A stretch of 64,000 nucleotides of DNA from the human T2T-CHM13v2.0 reference genome, Homo sapiens: the NCBI RefSeq assembly GCF_009914755.1, contig NC_060941.1; one strand, 5' to 3'. Every line of letters begins with the position of its first letter. The first letter of the stretch is position 1. A program made the position numbers and the translations under genes. A model generated the notes under the pieces. That model saw only the letters and a list, made by a program, of their open reading frames with translations, was not told where the DNA came from and made no database searches. Positions 54,061 through 64,000 of this stretch are shown here, piece by piece.

Positions 54061-54914
54061 ATACGTTATTTTAAAACTCAAGTAACTTAACACCCAAAAC
54101 TATTTATGCTTTTTTTAATAGGGTGGTCTCAACAGATATTTAATGAGTGTGCATATGTGTATGTGCCCATTGTTTCATTTGAACAGACATATGTGATGTC
54201 ATTGACATCCCAGATTTACTTTCTTTTCTGCAATAGATCTTGACATTATAAACAATAAGCAGGTTTCAAAAGAGAAATTAAAATATCCATTTCTCAGGAT
54301 TCTGTAGTCTTCCAAATCCACAGAAAATTACCAAATACATACAGAAGATCTGGGAGGATGCACACAGCAGGGAGAGCACTGTAATGGGAATAAAGATCAA
54401 ATAGCTATGTTTAGCTTTATCCAAATTACCCCCCAAAAATCATGAATTTTTTTACAACAAGCATATATTCAAATATGACTTGGTAGTTTAAAATTCAGTT
54501 AAAATTTTAAAGTTTGTATCACTTACAAACTGCTTTACTCTCTCTTCACACTCTTTCCTCTCAACATCTCCCTTTTATCTACTTCCCTACCCCCAGCATC
54601 CTAAATGATACTGCACATTTCTTGTTTTTAACAAAATTAATCTTACTTGTGTCCACATCCTTTTTCTAACTGAGAAGTCGGTGAATGGATAAATGCACAT
54701 TTCCAGGAATCAGTGCCTGTCTCACCTTGTTGATAATTAATGATTGCCAAATTCTAATCTTGGTGTTCAGTGACCTCACAGCCTTTTTTTTTTTTTAACT
54801 ATAGAACATAGTATTTAAGAAAAACAATATGATGGCAACCAAATATTTATCATCTAATAAATCACAGAAATTAAACATGAAAAATGAAGTAAACTTTATG
54901 ATACTCAACAATTA

Positions 54915-55712
<798 letters not shown>

Positions 55713-57205
55713 AAAAGGACACAGCTATGTTCCCTAAGCACTGTTTAGAGTAAAATGAAAAAAAGTTTTTTCAAAGACCTCCAAGCTGAACAGTAGTCAC
55801 ACTGAGCAGGTCCTAAACATAAGTCCGCTCACCCACAAGAACCACAAAAAATACAAACTGTATTCACTTTGTTGGTTGGACCATTATTTTCTTCAAGCCT
55901 TCAGAGACAATTATCCTAACTACCATTAAGGATTTCACCTGTCACCCACAGTCTTGTTATACTGAGACATTTTCACACCTGGATATGATACAAGGGGCTT
56001 AATGGAATTTTTATGGCTAAAAATTAAAGTTCATTTGACTCAACAGAATAGTCAAATAAAACAAAGGAGAAAACCCAAAGGAACAGGTTGAAAGTAGAGG
56101 CTTTTGACTTCCTGATGAGCCAATTTTGCCCAGAAATTCAAACCATGGGATGCTATATAGCTCATATGTCTTGAGAGTGCCCAAATGTCAACTTATCGCC
56201 AGAGTATCAGCCAGTGCAGGCTTACAGTAACATTTGGAAGCACAAATGTGCTGTATAAAATGGCCTCTCCTGGGAGATAGAGGCTGTCGCCATGGCAGAG
56301 ATCATTCCATCTTGGGGCCAGAAGGACCAGGCAGTCCCTTTAATCTTTAACAAGCCACTTTCACATTTAGATACAGGAACTGGCACTGCATGAGGCTCAA
56401 CCTGCTTCACAGCACTTTGCTGCAAAACAACCCCCCAGTTGTGTGAGGGCATGCTAACCCAGTCTGTCCCCACTGGTGCAGTTACCAGAATCTATTCTAT
56501 AATGCAATTGTGAGTACTTTATTATCCACTATGGTGTAATACTTCATAGCTCAGAAAAGGTATCCAATATCAAGAGGCTAGCAACTGCCTACCTCAGGCA
56601 CAATGAAATACTAGGTTCCTGTATGTCAGTAATTGAAAAAGTAGCAAGCATGCAGGAAAAGAAAGAATCCAGAGGGGTCAGGACCCAGCCTGAGGACCCG
56701 ATGGAGGAGGAGGAGGAGAAAGGAAGTCAGCAAGAAGTCAGCAACATGACCAAACTGCTATCTTGGGCAGCTCATTTCAGAAACCCAGCAACAGAAACCT
56801 TGGAACCATTTGATGGGTATAATTTTCTATATAAGGCTATTTCTTAGTTTTCTGTTTTTTTTCCCTGAGCAGCTAATACAGTAGAAGGGCAGGGAAAAGA
56901 CCCCTGTCATCAAACTCCATCACCTAAATTCTAATAGCTTCATAATGAAGTGACTTAGCAGGCTCATGTCCTATTACTACCTTGCCGCAGTAACCATACT
57001 CTCAGAAAAAAGATTCTGTAATTCAACTCTGAAGATTGCCTGAATTCATCATTCTTCTTTTCTGTATACCTCTGAATTCGTCTCTTCTCCTAATACACAC
57101 ACTCACATGCTCTGTCTCCCTGACACACATGCCCTGCCTCCAATAAGTCAAACTTCCTAAACGTCTACCCTGGTTTCCACTAATAATGCCCCAAGATTAA
57201 CTTAC

Positions 57206-57332
57206 CTTTGTTCATGTCCCCAAGTCTAGGGGGCCTTTGTCAACACGTGTTTCATCTTGAAGGGTGATTTCTAGCCAAGTAGATAAGATTACCTGTTCAC
57301 CTACAGTTAATCTTCAACCTGGTTTCTGCAGG
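57206..57332 (-). other. Candidate alternative upstream RFFL exon (127 nt)
   Basis: Acceptor ccttttatttctatag| (AG at 57334-57333). Consensus donor AAG|GTAAGT at 57205-57200. A second internal donor CAG|GTAATC lies at 57292. Confidence 0.35.
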
Positions 57333-58084
57333 CTATAGAAATAAAAGGATACGACTGCACAGCTTGAATGTCCCATCAAGGTAATCAAAGTAATGGAAGA
57401 GGGAGAGAAGGCAGAAGGAGAGATTTCAAAATAAAGACTGAACTGTGTACTTCAGTAGTACTTAGGAAAACACTCCATCTGACTAAGCAGCTGATGAGTA
57501 GACAAATACCCAAAGGACTGTGCATTCTCTGAAGATTATTGTGCTCACAGTTCTCACTTCCCCCAAAGTTCTGCAAGAGATCACATCATAAAATCAGCCT
57601 TGCATTATTTATAATAAAGTGGAGAGATGCATCCTAACATCCAGTATTCTACTGATTTACTCACAAATAAAGCTAAAACCTTATTTCAACTGAAACCCAT
57701 GTAACAAGGAAGAAAACGTATTTTCTTTAGGTCTTTCAAAGGTACCTCTCTCATCCCTTTTATAACAGAACAGACAAGGGTTGGAGAAAGGAACCCAAAG
57801 CTCCATCCCAGGTCCTAAATGCTTTAAAAAATTCACATTAAAAAATGCTCCATAATACATTACCCATTTGAAAAAAAGCACTGTGAACAGCAGGGGGGAA
57901 TATATATTTAATTATATATGATAGATACACACATACATATATATACATACACACCGAGAGAGGGAGAGCACGCGCACGTGCAAAAGAGCGAGCGAGCACG
58001 CACACATATACTAAAACCATTTAATAGCAGTTATTCCTAGTAGGGATGGGGGTCTAACTTCTACTTTATGCTATTTTAGCTGGG

Positions 58085-58368
58085 TTTTGTTTTGTTTTTC
58101 TGAGACAGTTCTCACTCTGTCACCGAGGCTGGAGTGCGGTGGTGTGATCACAGCTCACTGCAGCCTTGACCACCCTGGCTCAAGCAATCTCCCACCTCAG
58201 CCTCACGAGTAGCTGAGATCACTGGTGCATGCCACCATGCCTGGCTAATTCTTTTATTATTTGTAGAGATGGGGTCTCAATATGGTTCCCAGACTGATCT
58301 CAAACACCTAGGCTCAAGCAATCCGCCTGCCTCAACCTCCCAAAGTGCTGAGATTATAGGTGTGAGCA
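58085..58368 (-). mobile_element. Alu (AluJ-like)
   Basis: Antisense dimer. Confidence 0.88.
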
Positions 58369-58724
58369 GTTTAAGTTAATCGTATTAGAAATAAAGTACC
58401 TAAGACCATTTGATAACATAAACCAAAACAATTTGAAAAAGTTTTTAGGGCCTTTGGAAGCCAAATTTTGAGTACATTTAAAGCTACAGTCATGGAGGCA
58501 AAAGTATAAAAAATTAACAAGAAATTCACAGTTTTGAAATTGTATTATTTGTCTATGGGCAGTACTGTACTGGGAGTGCTGTGCTATCTATTGCTGGGTA
58601 AAAAGAGTTTGTCTAGGGTCTTGCTGTCAAGGAAACCATGGCAGGGGTGCTAAAAAGCCAGTCAGCAGACCACTGTGACACTGTATGGAGGCAGATTCAT
58701 TCAGAGAGCTAAAAATACAACTCA

Positions 58725-60968
<2,244 letters not shown>

Positions 60969-61204
60969 ATGAAATTATTCAGTCAACTGTCCAGCCACTA
61001 CGGGGAGCTAAAAAAGGCAAAATGTTTATAAAGTATAGCATGTTTCATACTATTTTGCAGTCTCTACTATGCAGGAGAGATGATTATTTAAGCATAGATT
61101 GGTTGTTGGCCCAACTATCTGAAATACATTCAGGCACTACCTGTGCCCTATCCATCACAATATTTTTATCGAGCCTCACCAAAGCCATGAGTAATGGGCC
61201 AGAA

Positions 61205-62364
61205 GGCTGCAGAAGTAACTAGTCCAGAATGAATGAACTCTCACTGCAATTTTAGCTCAGCAGACAGTGCCTGCTATCAGAAACATCCAAAAACCACAGC
61301 AATTAGACAAATAAGTTGTGAAAGATGTGGTTTCCAGGTAAGATGTGACAGGCTTCTTACCGCAAATAGTTTTTCTTATAAAAGAAGAAAGACTGGTGGG
61401 AGAGATGGTGGAAAAAATGAAAACAATGTTTCTTCTATGATTCTCTGGCCCATCCTCACAGGACTTCATATGTAGTGAAGGCAGAATATTTGCCTCAAGC
61501 CCAGATGACCAACTTTTACTTTCTACACTGACTCAGGCTTCTTACTGAAAATGGTATATCACCATTTACTCCACTAACATCACTTACAAGATGAGGCCCT
61601 ATGGGGCACTAACATCTATGTATCTTATGTAGAATTCAATTAATTGGGAAGGCCTATTGACAAACAGGAAGACCCCACACACAGACACACACGCACACAC
61701 ACACACACACACACAAAACAAAAAATAACCACCAGTGAACTCTTCTCTAACCTAATGCTTTATTTATTTAGCCAAATGTGCTTTTAAGGGTGACTGGCTT
61801 ACACATCAAAAACGTTTACAATTTTAGAATAAACTATAAAACATCCTTCAGCACTAACAAAGCTAAAACTAGTAAAATAAGTAACAAGTATTGCTAACAT
61901 CATTTTTAAATCACATTCCACACAAGTAGGCCCATGTAGTTTTATGAATAAAACTATTCTTTTTTATTTTAAGAATTAAAAAGTGATGTTAGTGGAATAA
62001 ATGGTGAAACACCATTTTTAGGAAGAAGCCTGAGTCAGTGTAGAAAGTAAAAGTTGGTCATCTGGGCTTGAGGTAAATATTCTGCCTTCACTACATATGA
62101 AGTCCTGTGAGGATGGGCCCAGACAATCATAAAAGACACATTGTTTTCATTTTTTCCACCATCTCTCCCACCAGTCTTTCTCCTTTTGTAAGAAAAACTA
62201 TTTGCGGTAAGAAGCCTGTCACATATCTTACCTGGAAACCACATCTTTCACAATTTATTTGTCTAATTGCTGTGGTTTTTGGATGTTTCTGATAGCAGGC
62301 ACTGCTTGCTGAGCTAAAACTGCGGTGAGAGTTCATTCATTCTGGACTGGTTACTTCTGCAGCC
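61205..62364. repeat. Long inverted repeat: arms 61205-61585 and 61981-62364, 395-bp spacer
   Basis: By manual alignment the left arm equals the reverse complement of the right arm, with 17 substitutions and 2 small indels over ~381 bp. Confidence 0.97.
61676..61715. repeat. Interrupted (CA)n microsatellite in the inverted-repeat spacer
   Basis: Directly visible. Confidence 0.85.
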
Positions 62365-62439
62365 GACATATTTGTAAAGACTTATTCAAAAGGTAATCAT
62401 CCTGACGGAGTGTGAGGCAGCTGTCACCCAGTAGTTGAC

Positions 62440-62640
62440 AGCTCAACCTTGACAGCTGGAATACTTGGGTTCCAACACTGTGAGGCTTTGGGCCCCCTCT
62501 TTAATTTCTCTGTGCGGCATTTTCACATTTGTGGAACACAGATAACACCTACACACCTCATAGGATTGTTAGGAGGATTAAACTTGTTAATACAGCAAAG
62601 TCCCTGGCACCTGGAGAGCACATAATAACTGTTGGTAATT
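62440..62640 (+). mobile_element. MIR
   Basis: ACCTCATAGGATTGTTAGGAGGATTAAA core. Confidence 0.6.
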
Positions 62641-63894
62641 TTCCTACAGGTAAAATATGGCACAAAGAGAAGTATCACATAGCAAAAGAAGTGCTAGTCT
62701 TTTGATCAGTCTTACACAAATTCTCCCATACTTTTAGACAAGAATAAGCCTTCCCCTAACTCCCACTGAAGAATGCATACAATTTCATTCAGAAAAAGTA
62801 TCATCTGACACAGTGGAATGAGTGAAATAAATCCTGCTGAACATGCCCAATGCTTCCCTAGCTCCTGTGGCCAACATACAATTTCAATAGGAAAGGGGAT
62901 TGTTTGTAAAGACAGTTTTATAACATCTGTCACCAAACAACAGTGAAGTTCAAAGTGAAAATTCAAGATTTCACATAGCAGGCAGAGGGACTTTCAAAAA
63001 CATCTGTCCTCTCACTCCTGTTCCCCATCCCTCTTTCCTAATCAAGGTTATAATAACGCAAGCCCTCTGTAAGCTGGCACACAAGCTGACAACATGCTAC
63101 CCTGCTGAACAGTCATCAAGGAGGAAAGAAAGGCCCAGGGGGCTGCTACAACATTTCCATAAACCTCTTATCCTTAGCTAAAAAGGTAAATTTGTTCTAG
63201 AGATGCTTAAAGAAAAAACACTTGACTGGCATAACCTAGACACATGCAATACCTTTTTCCCATTTCTAGTTTTCTCAAGTATTCAGGGAATGACCATCGA
63301 CATTTTTGGAATCAGAAACAAATTGTTTCCAAAAGTGTTAAGCAGTGCTTGTCCAAAGGCCCCCATATAGCTAGTAATTTAGACAGCTGTGTTAGGAGCC
63401 ACAGAAGCTGCATTTTCTAACCAGTATTGCTTGTGAACAATTGAAACTTTCTCCAGTGCAAAGTCCAGACACAGGAAGCAGTGTTCTCCAAAAACATTCA
63501 AACAGTTTCATTATTGTTTAACTACCAAAATAACAGCTCCAATAATCTATCAAGTTTGACATTTCATCCAACTAAGCAATTAAACCAGGATGAAAAGCAT
63601 GCATGGAGAGATTTCCCTGCCTGCTCCAAATCAACACTAATTTTGACATTATAACCACAAAAACTAATAATGCATCCTCGTAGACTATTCACAAAAGGCT
63701 TCTAAAAAGCAAACACAAAAGCGTCTCGAAGAAATTGCACACCCCTAAATTTTATTTTCTGTCTCCCATCTTTAAGCATCTTAACTGTGAGTTAAGTTAC
63801 AGGCCAAGAAGTTAGAAACTCCTTTCCAGTATTTAGTCAAAAAGAGGGGAATATGCCTCCCAATACAAGCACCCAATGCAAATTCTATCAATTT

Positions 63895-64000
63895 ATTCTT
63901 TTTTTTTTTTTTTTTTTTTTTTTGAGACGGAGTCTTGCTCTGTCTCCCAGGCTGGAGGGCAGTGGCATGATCTTGGCTCACTGCAATCTCCACCTCCCAT
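63895..64000 (-). mobile_element. Alu, truncated by the window end
   Basis: Poly(T) followed by GAGACGGAGTCTTGCTCTG. Confidence 0.9.

Noticed and set aside
61233-62336. Paired similar ORFs (61233-61475 +, 62127-62336 -, 62035-62244 -, 61257-61469 -, 62107-62292 +)
   Set aside because: Their similarity only mirrors the inverted repeat. The frames are broken differently by the 2-nt and 1-nt indels, and no known domain is recognisable.

Overview
This is human (primate) genomic DNA carrying most of RFFL (rififylin/CARP2, a FYVE-like and RING E3 ubiquitin ligase) on the minus strand. Six coding exons can be reconstructed with GT-AG junctions: 14290-14469, 9287-9697, 5439-5522, 4286-4496, a 24-nt micro-exon at 2656-2679, and 1-65 (the RING exon, cut by the window edge). 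They give residues M1-D325. Everything above 14478 is upstream intron and 5' region. It is very rich in Alu and also holds L1, L2, MIR, CR1, MaLR/ERV LTRs, DNA transposons and a U13 snoRNA retrocopy. Most ORFs in the supplied track are Alu or antisense noise. The most unusual unexplained structure is a ~380-bp, ~95%-identical inverted duplication of non-Alu sequence (61205-61585 and 61981-62364). It carries a strong splice donor, an ATG that would be in frame with RFFL if spliced to exon 2, and AP-1/RUNX motifs. Other items worth checking are a perfect 19-bp hairpin at 29484-29527, candidate upstream exons near 51.5 kb and 57.2 kb, an Alu>AluY>L1 triple nest, and an exon 2-3 circRNA-type architecture with an open alternative frame. 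Repeat subfamily names and repeat edges were assigned by eye and are approximate.
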